Below are positions 51,668 to 59,918 of a stretch of DNA of 64,000 nucleotides, in pieces. Position numbers and translations under genes: made by a program. This stretch comes from Phycisphaerales bacterium. GTDB taxonomy: Bacteria; Planctomycetota; Phycisphaerae; Phycisphaerales; UBA1924. How positions within the stretch are numbered: the first letter of the stretch is position 1; every line of letters starts with the position of its first letter. The notes beneath the pieces were generated by a model. That model had not been told where the DNA came from and made no database searches. It was given only the letters and a program-made list of their open reading frames with translations. The DNA is taken from the NCBI GenBank assembly GCA_029260475.1, contig JAJDDE010000124.1:10335-74334 (forward strand), given 5' to 3'.

Positions 51668-54399
51668 TGTTCTTCAAGCGGAACAAGGAGGCGACGGCGA
51701 ATCAGAGCGAGCAGCCGGAGTACGAACTCGTGCTCGAAGGTGTCTCCGCCGAGATTGTGATTCGATGCCTCGACGAGGTCGATCAGAACGGTGTCACGCG
51801 CACGCTTGAAAACGAACTCATCGAGCTTCTGAAGAAGAAGGACCGTCCGCTGCAGGCCCGTGCCCTGTTGGAACTCTCCGCGGTGAGCTGTGAGTGGCGC
51901 CGCCGCCTCGTCCAACTGCCACAGGGATACGCGCACCCCCCTCACAGGAGATTGGTCGAACAGCTCCGCGCGATGAGGCACGTGATCGAGAGTGCCGCGC
52001 GTCGGAAGCTGCCGCTCTCGGCGCAGCAGCTCGGCATGCTGCTGGAGACCACGTGCGAGAACTACATATGGGGCGATAGCACCGTCCTCAAGCACCTCGT
52101 GAATCAGATCGCCAAGCGGTGGGAAGAACTAGAAGAGGAACTGCGTCCGACTCTCATTGAGATATATGCACACACCGATGAGCCGGACCTGAAACAGAAG
52201 ATCGAGCAGCTGCTCAACGAAAAGTCCTCGCCAGCGATCACCGCAGGCGAGGCGTGGACGGTCGCCGCGCTCGAGCACCTGAAGAACGTTGGCTCGCCAC
52301 TTGAAAAGGAGTGGAACGCACTCCTCTGGCACTGCCGCAAGGCTTCGAATGCCAAGCCTTCAGCGAGATGGTCCAAAGAGGGCCACGCGGTGATGGAACG
52401 CATCGGTGTCGATGCGTTCCACGACACCGTCCGCGGCTGGATTGCTCTCCTCCAACATCCTCGAACGGGTGAGATGGCCCGCCCGGACTGGCACGAAGAC
52501 AGCGTGCGTCCGTGGCTCATGGACGACCACCACGCCGACACCATCCGGGGGCTCATCTGGCTGACCGCCGACCGCGAAGACGCCGCCACCGCACGGGCCA
52601 TCGCCGATGCCGCCGTCTCCTGCTACAAGAAGGTTCCGGGCATCGGGCCGCGCGCAACGAAAGTTGGCAACGCCTGTGTCTACGCGCTTGGCGTCATGCC
52701 GGGCGAGTCGGCGCTCGCACAGCTCGCGCGCCTTCGCGTGAAACTCACCTTCGGCACCGCGATCAGCATGATCACCAAGGCCCTCGACCGCGTCGCGGAG
52801 CGGGAGGGCGTGCCGCGCAATGAGATCGAAGAGATCGCGGTTCCCGCCTATGGATTCACCGGAGTCGGTGTGCTTGAACGGGGCTTCGGCGAGCATCGCG
52901 CCACCCTCCGCGTCACCGGCACCTCCGGTACCGGCTCTACCGTGCTTACCTGGATCAACGACAAGGGCAAGGCCGTCAAATCCGTGCCCGCGGCGGTGAA
53001 ACGCGACCACGCCGATGGACTCAAAGACCTCAAAGCCATCGCGAAGGACGTGCAGAAGATGCTGCCGGCGCAGCGCGACCGCATCGATGGTCTCTTCCTC
53101 GAACAGCGTTCATGGTCCGTTAGTGCGTGGCGAGAGCGGTACCTGGATCATCCCGTTGTTGGGACCATCGCTCGCAGGCTCATCTGGGTGCTGGAGGATG
53201 CCGGGGGCATGCACAGCGTCGCGTGGCTGCCGGATGACCCCGAAAGCCCGGTGTTTGCAACGGGCCAACTCGTCAATCCCGCCGGTGAGCCCGTCATCAT
53301 CGATGAGCACAGCGCCACCGTCACGCTCTGGCACCCGATTGACACCGCGAGCGATCCCGACACCGTGGAGACGCGCGCGGACGTCCTCGCGTGGCGCCGG
53401 TTCTATGAGGATCGCCGTATCGCCCAACCCTTCAAGCAGGCGCACCGAGAGGTCTACCTGCTGACCGATGCGGAGCGCGAGACACGCAGCTACTCCAACC
53501 GCTTCGCGGCCCACGTCCTCCGCAACCACCAAGCGACGGCGCTCATGCGCCAGCGCGGTTGGAACGCGCAGCTCGCGATCGCAACGGACTGCGGCGAGGT
53601 CCGTCCGCAAAGAGACATCGAACCGTGGGGCCTCCGCGCGGAGTTCTGGATCGAGGGTGCGCACATAGATCAAGATTACGGTGCCGCATTCACCTACGTC
53701 GTCACCGACCAGGTCCGCTTCTACCAGTATCGGCCGCGCACAACCTGGCGCGAAGAAGAACAGGAACGGCGAGAAGCAACACAGAGACTGATCGAGAGCA
53801 CGGAGGGCCAGCAACTGTCCAATGAGGAGTACCTGAATCTGCTGGCCGGGAACACCGCGGCGAGCCGTCGTCAGGAGCCTCAACCGATCCCGCTTGACGA
53901 GATCCCACCGCTCGTGCTCAGCGAGACGATGCGGGATGTGGACCTCTTTGTTGGCGTCGCCTCCGTCGGTAACAACCCGGAGTGGGAGGACGGCGGTCCG
54001 GGCGGTCACCACCGGGATTACTGGCGTTCCTACGCATTCGGTGAACTCAACGCGACCGCTTCGACGCGAAAGGAACTGCTCGAACGGCTCGTGCCCAGGC
54101 TCAAGATCGCAGAACGGTGCCTCGTCACCGAACGCTTCCTCTTCGTCCGGGGCAACCTGCGTGTCTACAAGATCCACCTCGGGAGCGGCAACATCATGAT
54201 GGAGCCCAACGACCAGTACCTCTGCATCGTCCCGGGGAGAGACAGCGCCGCGGGGCGTACCAACAAGAACCTGCACCTGCCCTTCGAGGGGGATCGCGTG
54301 CTCTCGATCATCCTCAGCAAGGCGTTCATGCTCGCAGCGGACGAGAAGATCACCGACCCCACGATCCGCACACAGATCAATCGCAACGCGGTTTCGTAG
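51667..54399 (+). CDS. Large DUF4132 / MolR(YehH-YehI)-like protein of unknown function
   Basis: 910 aa and less GC-rich than its flanks. The central region (KSVPAAVKRDHADGLKDLKAIAKDVQKMLPAQRDRIDGLF...W..RYLDHPVVGTIARRLIW...QPFKQAHREVY) and the C-terminal YKIHLGSGNIMMEPNDQYLCIVPG match my recollection of DUF4132-family proteins. Confidence 0.65.
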   Translation: MFFKRNKEATANQSEQPEYELVLEGVSAEIVIRCLDEVDQNGVTRTLENELIELLKKKDRPLQARALLELSAVSCEWRRRLVQLPQGYAHPPHRRLVEQLRAMRHVIESAARRKLPLSAQQLGMLLETTCENYIWGDSTVLKHLVNQIAKRWEELEEELRPTLIEIYAHTDEPDLKQKIEQLLNEKSSPAITAGEAWTVAALEHLKNVGSPLEKEWNALLWHCRKASNAKPSARWSKEGHAVMERIGVDAFHDTVRGWIALLQHPRTGEMARPDWHEDSVRPWLMDDHHADTIRGLIWLTADREDAATARAIADAAVSCYKKVPGIGPRATKVGNACVYALGVMPGESALAQLARLRVKLTFGTAISMITKALDRVAEREGVPRNEIEEIAVPAYGFTGVGVLERGFGEHRATLRVTGTSGTGSTVLTWINDKGKAVKSVPAAVKRDHADGLKDLKAIAKDVQKMLPAQRDRIDGLFLEQRSWSVSAWRERYLDHPVVGTIARRLIWVLEDAGGMHSVAWLPDDPESPVFATGQLVNPAGEPVIIDEHSATVTLWHPIDTASDPDTVETRADVLAWRRFYEDRRIAQPFKQAHREVYLLTDAERETRSYSNRFAAHVLRNHQATALMRQRGWNAQLAIATDCGEVRPQRDIEPWGLRAEFWIEGAHIDQDYGAAFTYVVTDQVRFYQYRPRTTWREEEQERREATQRLIESTEGQQLSNEEYLNLLAGNTAASRRQEPQPIPLDEIPPLVLSETMRDVDLFVGVASVGNNPEWEDGGPGGHHRDYWRSYAFGELNATASTRKELLERLVPRLKIAERCLVTERFLFVRGNLRVYKIHLGSGNIMMEPNDQYLCIVPGRDSAAGRTNKNLHLPFEGDRVLSIILSKAFMLAADEKITDPTIRTQINRNAVS

Positions 54400-54431
54400 G
54401 CGACCATCATCATCGGGAATAGACTCATCGC

Positions 54432-54851
54432 GTGACCGACCACCGCCCCACGACCGCCGCCCACAAGCGCACACGGCGCGATCACGCCGCCGAGACGGCA
54501 GAGGATTACGTCGAGGCGGTCGCGGACATCGGCGAGCGCGACGGCGCCTGCAGGGTGCGCGACCTCGCCGAGCGCTTCGGCGTGTCCCACGTCACCGTCG
54601 TCCGCATCGTGAAACGCCTCGAGGGCGAGGGCTACCTCGCGACCGAGCCCTACCGCCCCATCGAGCTCACGCCCAAGGGCAAACGCCTCGCGAGAGACTG
54701 CCGGGAACGGCACGAGGTCGTGTACCGCTTCCTGCTGGCGATCGGGGTCGATGAACGCGTTGCCGCCATCGATTCCGAGGGCATCGAGCACCACGTCAGC
54801 CGCCAGACGCTGGACTGTTTCCGAGCGATCACCAAGGAGCAGGGGGGCTGA
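54432..54851 (+). CDS. DtxR-family metal-dependent transcriptional repressor (MntR/TroR-like, no SH3 domain)
   Basis: 139 aa with a GTG start. Carries AEDYVEAV, RVRDLAERFGVSHVTVVRIVKRLEGEGYL, LTPKGKRLA, RHEVVYRFL and EGIEHHVS. Confidence 0.88.
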   Translation: MTDHRPTTAAHKRTRRDHAAETAEDYVEAVADIGERDGACRVRDLAERFGVSHVTVVRIVKRLEGEGYLATEPYRPIELTPKGKRLARDCRERHEVVYRFLLAIGVDERVAAIDSEGIEHHVSRQTLDCFRAITKEQGG

Positions 54852-54867
54852 GGCCCTCTCGGGCCGG

Positions 54868-54910
54868 TTGACAAGCCGCTCATCTCGGCTATAGTGTAGC
54901 CTATGCTACA
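54868..54910 (+). promoter_or_regulatory. Sigma-70-type promoter with overlapping palindromic operator for the metal-uptake operon
   Basis: TTGACA (54868-54873), a 16-nt spacer, then TATAGT (54890-54895). The palindrome TGTAGC-CTAT-GCTACA (54895-54910) overlaps the -10 element and the predicted transcription start. Confidence 0.6.
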
Positions 54911-54932
54911 ATTGTCCCCCGGAGCCAGTCTC

Positions 54933-55919
54933 ATGGTGCGATGCCTCTGTGCGTTCTTCGTGCTGGTCGGTGTGATCGCATCGCTCGGGTGCTCGGACTC
55001 GGTGCCGGCGGGAGCCGGTGGCGCCGGTGGCGACGACAACACCCTGCACATCGTCGCGACCACCGGCATGGTGCGCGACGTCGTCGCAGCCGTCGCGGGT
55101 GATCGGGCGGTGGTGACGGGCCTGCTCGGGGCCGGCGTCGATCCGCACCTCTACACCCCCACACGCGCCGACATCCAAAGCCTCATGAACGCCGAGGCGA
55201 TCTTCTACAACGGCCTGCTCCTCGAGGGGAAGATGACCGACGCGCTGATCCGGGCCGCGACCTCCGGCAAGCCTGTCCACGCGGTCACCGAATCGATCGA
55301 CGAGTCCTCCCTGCTCGAACCCGAAGACTTCGAGGGGCACTACGACCCGCACGTCTGGATGGACCCCAGCGCATGGATGCGCACCATCGACGTCGTCCGC
55401 GACGCGCTCACCGCACTCGACCCCGAGGGCGCCTCGGTCTTCGCGTCCAACGCGAAGGCGTACCGTGAGCGCATCGAAGCCCTCGACGCCTACGCCGCGG
55501 GCGTGCTCGCGACCGTCCCGGAGAGCGCCCGCGTGCTCATCACCGCCCACGACGCCTTCAACTACTTCGGGGAGCGCTACACCTACGAGGTCGTGGGCAT
55601 CCAGGGCATCTCCACCGAGTCCGAGGCGGGCGTCCGCGCCATCGATGGGATCGTCACGCTCCTCGTCGAGCGCAGCGTCGGGGCCGTCTTCGTCGAGTCC
55701 ACCGTCTCGGACCGCAGCGTCCGTGCGATCATCGAGGGTGCCCGATCCAAGGGGCACACCGTCGTCATCGGGGGCGAACTTTTCTCCGATGCGATGGGCG
55801 ACCAGGGCACCTACGAAGGCACCTACATCGGCATGATCGACCACAACGTCACGACCATCGCCCGCGCCCTGGGCGGCGAAGCGCCAGCGCGCGGCATGCA
55901 AGGGAAACTCGCCGAATGA
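54933..55919 (+). CDS. Metal ABC transporter substrate-binding lipoprotein (cluster A-I, TroA/ZnuA/MntC-like)
   Basis: The start is ATG 54933, 8 nt after GGAG; the track begins at 54903, which probably lies at or near the transcription start. Lipobox IASLGC. Candidate metal ligands sit in [24 protein letters not shown] and LFSDAMG. Confidence 0.88.
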   Translation: MVRCLCAFFVLVGVIASLGCSDSVPAGAGGAGGDDNTLHIVATTGMVRDVVAAVAGDRAVVTGLLGAGVDPHLYTPTRADIQSLMNAEAIFYNGLLLEGKMTDALIRAATSGKPVHAVTESIDESSLLEPEDFEGHYDPHVWMDPSAWMRTIDVVRDALTALDPEGASVFASNAKAYRERIEALDAYAAGVLATVPESARVLITAHDAFNYFGERYTYEVVGIQGISTESEAGVRAIDGIVTLLVERSVGAVFVESTVSDRSVRAIIEGARSKGHTVVIGGELFSDAMGDQGTYEGTYIGMIDHNVTTIARALGGEAPARGMQGKLAE

Positions 55920-56764
55920 CCACCGGCATCCACCCCGCGCTCCCCGATCCGGTCCTCGCCCAGGGCCTGGCCGAACGCCCCGAGCACTCGCCCGAGAGCC
56001 CTCTCTCGATCCACGCGATGACCGTCGCTTACCAGCGCAAGCCCGTGCTCTGGGACGTGGACTACGACGCGCCGCCCAACAAACTGATCGCCATCGTTGG
56101 ACCGAACGGCGCGGGCAAGAGCACGCTGATCAAGGCGTGCCTCGGCCTCGTGCCGCGTGCTTCGGGGCTCGTCGAGTTCTGGGGCCAGGAGTACAAACGC
56201 GCGCGATCGCGCATCGGGTACGTGCCCCAACGCGAGAGCGTGGATTGGGACTTCCCTGTCTCGGCGCTGGACGTGGTGTGCATGGGGAGGTACCGCAAGA
56301 TCGGCTGGTGCCGCCCCGTCTCTCGCGCGCACAAAGACGCGGCCCTCGCGTGCCTCGAGCGCGTCGGCATGCACGAATTCGCCAAAAGGCAGATCAGCCA
56401 ACTCTCGGGCGGGCAGCAGCAGCGCGTCTTCCTGGCGCGTGCACTCGCGCAGGAATCGGACCTCTACGTTATGGACGAGCCCTTCGCCGGCGTGGACGCC
56501 GCCACCGAACGCGCGATCGTCGAGGTGCTGCGCGAACTCAAGACCACGGGGAAAACCGTTGTCGCGGTCCACCACGACCTGCAAACCGTCCCCGAGTACT
56601 TCGACGACGTCATCCTCCTGAACATGCGCGTCGTCGCCTCGGGCCCCGTCCGCGACGTCTTCACGCGCGAGAACCTCCAACGCACCTACGGCGGTCGCCT
56701 CACGCTCCTCTCCGAGGCCGCCGAGGCGATGGCCCGCGCAGCCTCCGGCGAGATGCCCGCGTGA
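55916..56764 (+). CDS. Metal ABC transporter ATP-binding protein
   Basis: Walker A is GPNGAGKST, the signature is LSGGQQQR, and Walker B is [16 protein letters not shown] overlap with the SBP gene. Confidence 0.92.
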   Translation: MTTGIHPALPDPVLAQGLAERPEHSPESPLSIHAMTVAYQRKPVLWDVDYDAPPNKLIAIVGPNGAGKSTLIKACLGLVPRASGLVEFWGQEYKRARSRIGYVPQRESVDWDFPVSALDVVCMGRYRKIGWCRPVSRAHKDAALACLERVGMHEFAKRQISQLSGGQQQRVFLARALAQESDLYVMDEPFAGVDAATERAIVEVLRELKTTGKTVVAVHHDLQTVPEYFDDVILLNMRVVASGPVRDVFTRENLQRTYGGRLTLLSEAAEAMARAASGEMPA

Positions 56765-58083
56765 ACACCCCGCCGCTCATCGCCTCGGTCCCGGCGTGGG
56801 GAGAGGTGCTCGACACGCTCCTCCTCCGCGCGAGCGCCACCTCCACAACGGTCGTCCTGGGCACCGCGCTGCTGGGCTTCGCCGCGGGCGTCATCGGCGT
56901 CTTCGCGCTGCTGCGCAAGCGCGCGCTCGTCTGCGACGCCCTCAGCCACGCGACGCTCCCGGGCCTCTGTATCGCCTTCATCGTCGGCTCCGCGCTCGGC
57001 GTCAATGGCATGTCCATGCCGCTCCTGCTCGCGGGCGCCGCGTGTACCGGCGTCCTCGCGGTGCTGGCGATCAACGCCATCCTCCGACACACCCGCCTCC
57101 GCGAGGACGCCGCGATCGGCATCGTGCTCAGCGTCTTCTTCGCCGCCGGCGTCGTCGGGCTCAGCTACGCGCAGGATCCCAACAACGTCAGCTCGTCCGC
57201 CGCCGGCCTCGGGCACTTCATCTTCGGTCAGGCGGCGGCGATGCGCCGTCACGAGGTCTGGATGATGGGGGGGCTCGCGATCACGAGCGTGCTGGCGGCC
57301 CTGCTCCTGCTCAAGGAGTTCGCGATGGTCTGCTTCAACGACGCGTTCGCGCGCGTCACCGGCTGGCGCGTCGGGCTGATCGATCTCATGATGATGGCAC
57401 TCGTCGTCCTCGTCACCGTCGCGGGCCTGCAGGCGGTCGGGCTGGTGCTCGTCATCGCGATGCTGATCATCCCCCCCGTCGCGGCGCGATTCTGGACCGA
57501 GCGATTGCCCGTCCTCATCGCGCTCGCGGGCGCGCTCGGCGCGCTGGGCGGGTACATCGGAGCCGTGCTCTCGTCGCTCGTCGAGAACCAGCCCGCGGGT
57601 GCCGTCATTGTGCTGACCTCCGGCGGGGTCTTCCTGATCAGCATGCTCCTCGCCCCGACACGAGGCGTCTTCGCCGTCCTCAGAAGGCGGTGGGCGCTCC
57701 GTCTGCGCATCGCGCGAGAGCACCTGCTCGAACTCGCCTGCGAGCGCGGCACAGCCGGCTCGCTCACCCAGGCCGACATCCAGCGCGTCGCACAGCTCCG
57801 CGGCTGGTCGGGCTTCACCGCACGCATCGTCCTCTTGTCGCTCCGCTCCCGCAAAGAAATCACCCGCACCGGCACCACGATCGCCCTCACGCCCAGCGGC
57901 GCCGCCCGGGGCGAGCGCGTGCGACGGAACCACGCGCTCTGGGAGCGCTACCTCGTTCGCTACGCGGACGTCGCGCCCAGCCACGTGGACTGGTCCGTGG
58001 ACCAGGTCGAGCACGTCCTATCAGACGAGCTGATCGCCGAGCTCGAAACCGAGCTGGCCTCGGTGACGGCGGGTGCGCCATGA
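56761..58083 (+). CDS. ABC-3 metal transporter permease fused to a C-terminal DtxR-like domain
   Basis: The GTG 56761 start overlaps the ATPase stop (GTGA). The permease core has [15 protein letters not shown]. The last roughly 120 aa (57715-58080) read [26 protein letters not shown]...[12 protein letters not shown], which aligns to the DtxR HTH and metal-binding dimerisation region. Confidence 0.85.
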   Translation: MNTPPLIASVPAWGEVLDTLLLRASATSTTVVLGTALLGFAAGVIGVFALLRKRALVCDALSHATLPGLCIAFIVGSALGVNGMSMPLLLAGAACTGVLAVLAINAILRHTRLREDAAIGIVLSVFFAAGVVGLSYAQDPNNVSSSAAGLGHFIFGQAAAMRRHEVWMMGGLAITSVLAALLLLKEFAMVCFNDAFARVTGWRVGLIDLMMMALVVLVTVAGLQAVGLVLVIAMLIIPPVAARFWTERLPVLIALAGALGALGGYIGAVLSSLVENQPAGAVIVLTSGGVFLISMLLAPTRGVFAVLRRRWALRLRIAREHLLELACERGTAGSLTQADIQRVAQLRGWSGFTARIVLLSLRSRKEITRTGTTIALTPSGAARGERVRRNHALWERYLVRYADVAPSHVDWSVDQVEHVLSDELIAELETELASVTAGAP

Positions 58084-59357
58084 CGTTCAGCATCCCCGTC
58101 GATCTCTTCCCGCTCTCCGCGGCGGTCCTGGCCTCAATCGCCTGCGCGCTGCTGGGCAACTTCCTCGTGCTGCGACGCATGAGCCTCATGGGCGACGCGA
58201 TCTCCCACAGCGTGCTCCCGGGCCTCGTCATCGCCTTTATGATCGCCTCGTCGCGCAGCCCGCTCGTGATGTTCCTCGGCGCCGCGATCGCGGGCGCACT
58301 GACGGTCGTGCTCGTCGAGGTCGTGAAGCGGCTCGGGCGCGTCGAGCCGGGGGCCGCGATGGGCGTCGTCTTCAGCGTCCTCTTCGCGCTGGGCGTGCTG
58401 CTCATCGAACAGTCACGATCGAGCGGCGTAGACCTCGACGCCTCCTGCGTGCTGCACGGCCAACTCGAGACACTCGTCTGGTGGAGCGCAGACGCCCCGA
58501 ACTCGCTCGCCGGCCTCTGGTCCTCGGACACGCTTCGCGCCGTCCCGAGGCAGGTGTGGACGCTCCTGGTGATGGCGGCGCTCTCGCTGGTCTTCGTGGT
58601 TGGGTTCTTCAAGGAAATGCGCATCGCCTCCTTCGACCCCGCGCTCGCCACCACGCAGGGATTCAGCGCGGGAGGCATGCACTACGCGCTCATGCTCTTC
58701 GTCGCCGGCGCAACGGTCGCCGCCTTCGAGGCCGTCGGATCGATCCTGGTCATCGCGATGCTCATCTGCCCCGGCGCCACCGCCCGATTGCTCACCGACC
58801 GCCTCTCGACGCAGATCGTGTGGAGCGTGGCGATCGCCATCGCATCGGCCCTCCTGGGCTACTTCGGGGCCACCATGATCCCGGGATGGTTCGACCGCGC
58901 GCCCGTCAACGCCGCGGGCACGATGGGTGTGACGAGCGGGGTGCTGCTCGTCGCCACCATCTTCGCCTCGCCCTCGCACGGCGTCATTGCAAGGATGCTC
59001 CGCCGAACCGCGATGGCCCGCACCGTCGCCCTCGAAGACCTGCTCGCATCGCTCTACCGCGCGCGTGAAGCCGGGGAGCAGGGCGTGCCCATCGACTCGG
59101 TGCCCACAAGGGTCTGCAAGAGAGCGCGTGCGCGCGGATTCGTAGAGAGAGCAAACGGGTCGATAACCCTCACGCCAACCGGCGAGGCGGAGGCCGCGAC
59201 GCTCGTACGCCGGCACCGCTTGTGGGAGCACTACCTGGTCGATCGCGCCGGCTTCGCGCCCGACCACGTCCACGCCCCCGCCGAGATCCTCGAGCACACA
59301 GGGCTCGGTCCGGAAACCGGCCCGGAGACGGACCCGCACGGACGCATCATCCCCTGA
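58080..59357 (+). CDS. ABC-3 metal transporter permease fused to a C-terminal DtxR-like domain (second)
   Basis: The ATG 58080 start overlaps the upstream stop (ATGA). The permease core has GDAISHSVLPGLVIAF. The last roughly 117 aa (59004-59354) read ITLTPTGEAEAATLVRRHRLWEHYLV...PAEILEH...DPHGRIIP. Confidence 0.85.
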   Translation: MTFSIPVDLFPLSAAVLASIACALLGNFLVLRRMSLMGDAISHSVLPGLVIAFMIASSRSPLVMFLGAAIAGALTVVLVEVVKRLGRVEPGAAMGVVFSVLFALGVLLIEQSRSSGVDLDASCVLHGQLETLVWWSADAPNSLAGLWSSDTLRAVPRQVWTLLVMAALSLVFVVGFFKEMRIASFDPALATTQGFSAGGMHYALMLFVAGATVAAFEAVGSILVIAMLICPGATARLLTDRLSTQIVWSVAIAIASALLGYFGATMIPGWFDRAPVNAAGTMGVTSGVLLVATIFASPSHGVIARMLRRTAMARTVALEDLLASLYRAREAGEQGVPIDSVPTRVCKRARARGFVERANGSITLTPTGEAEAATLVRRHRLWEHYLVDRAGFAPDHVHAPAEILEHTGLGPETGPETDPHGRIIP

Positions 59358-59560
59358 GGTCCGAGAGCACCGCACGCGTGCGCCAACGGAGCGTGATTGG
59401 CAAGCCGCGCCGGTTGTGAGGCCGCGAGCTTTACGGAGGCGTCGTGTCCCGGCGGGTGTTCACGCTGGCGTTTGGAACGGTGCCCGTTGCTTGTGACTGT
59501 TGAGTGACGGCACGCCCACAGCCTGCCCGCCAACACACAACCAAAGACGAGACCAACCCC

Positions 59561-59785
59561 ATGCGCCATCATCAGAAGACCCGCACCCACGCCGCCCGCC
59601 CCGCTTGCATCGCGATCGCCCTGAGCGTCGTCGTCCCCATCGGTGGTTTCTGGGCCCCCGACGCCCCCGACGCGACCGCCGACACCCACGTCTTCATCCC
59701 CATCGCGAACCAGCCCCTCAACCAGACCCCGATCTTCGCACAGGACCCGGGCTTCGTTGAACCCGTGTTCGCCTCCATCGACTGA
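59561..59785 (+). CDS. Small secreted hypothetical protein
   Basis: The start is taken at ATG 59561 (MRHHQKTRTHAARPACIAIALSVVVPIGGFWA). 74 aa with strong GC3 bias. No family recognised. Confidence 0.45.
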   Translation: MRHHQKTRTHAARPACIAIALSVVVPIGGFWAPDAPDATADTHVFIPIANQPLNQTPIFAQDPGFVEPVFASID

Positions 59786-59918
59786 GTCAAAGCCCGCAAA
59801 ACCACGGAATCACCCGTGCGCACGCCTGTGGCGCTGCGGATGAAACGGTGAGGCCCGGTTCCGCGTAGAACCACTACGCTGGAGCATCCGCCCCTCACCG
59901 CAACATCCGAGGCCCGCC

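Noticed and set aside
56137-56760. An N-terminal extension of the first permease. The track ORF 56137..58083 is 648 aa; a similar case is 56796..59357 for the second permease.
   Set aside because: The extension overlaps the ATPase gene in another frame and translates to Arg/Pro-rich sequence. The GTG at 56761 and the ATG at 58080 give the classic 4-nt stop/start overlaps and begin right at the first TM helices.
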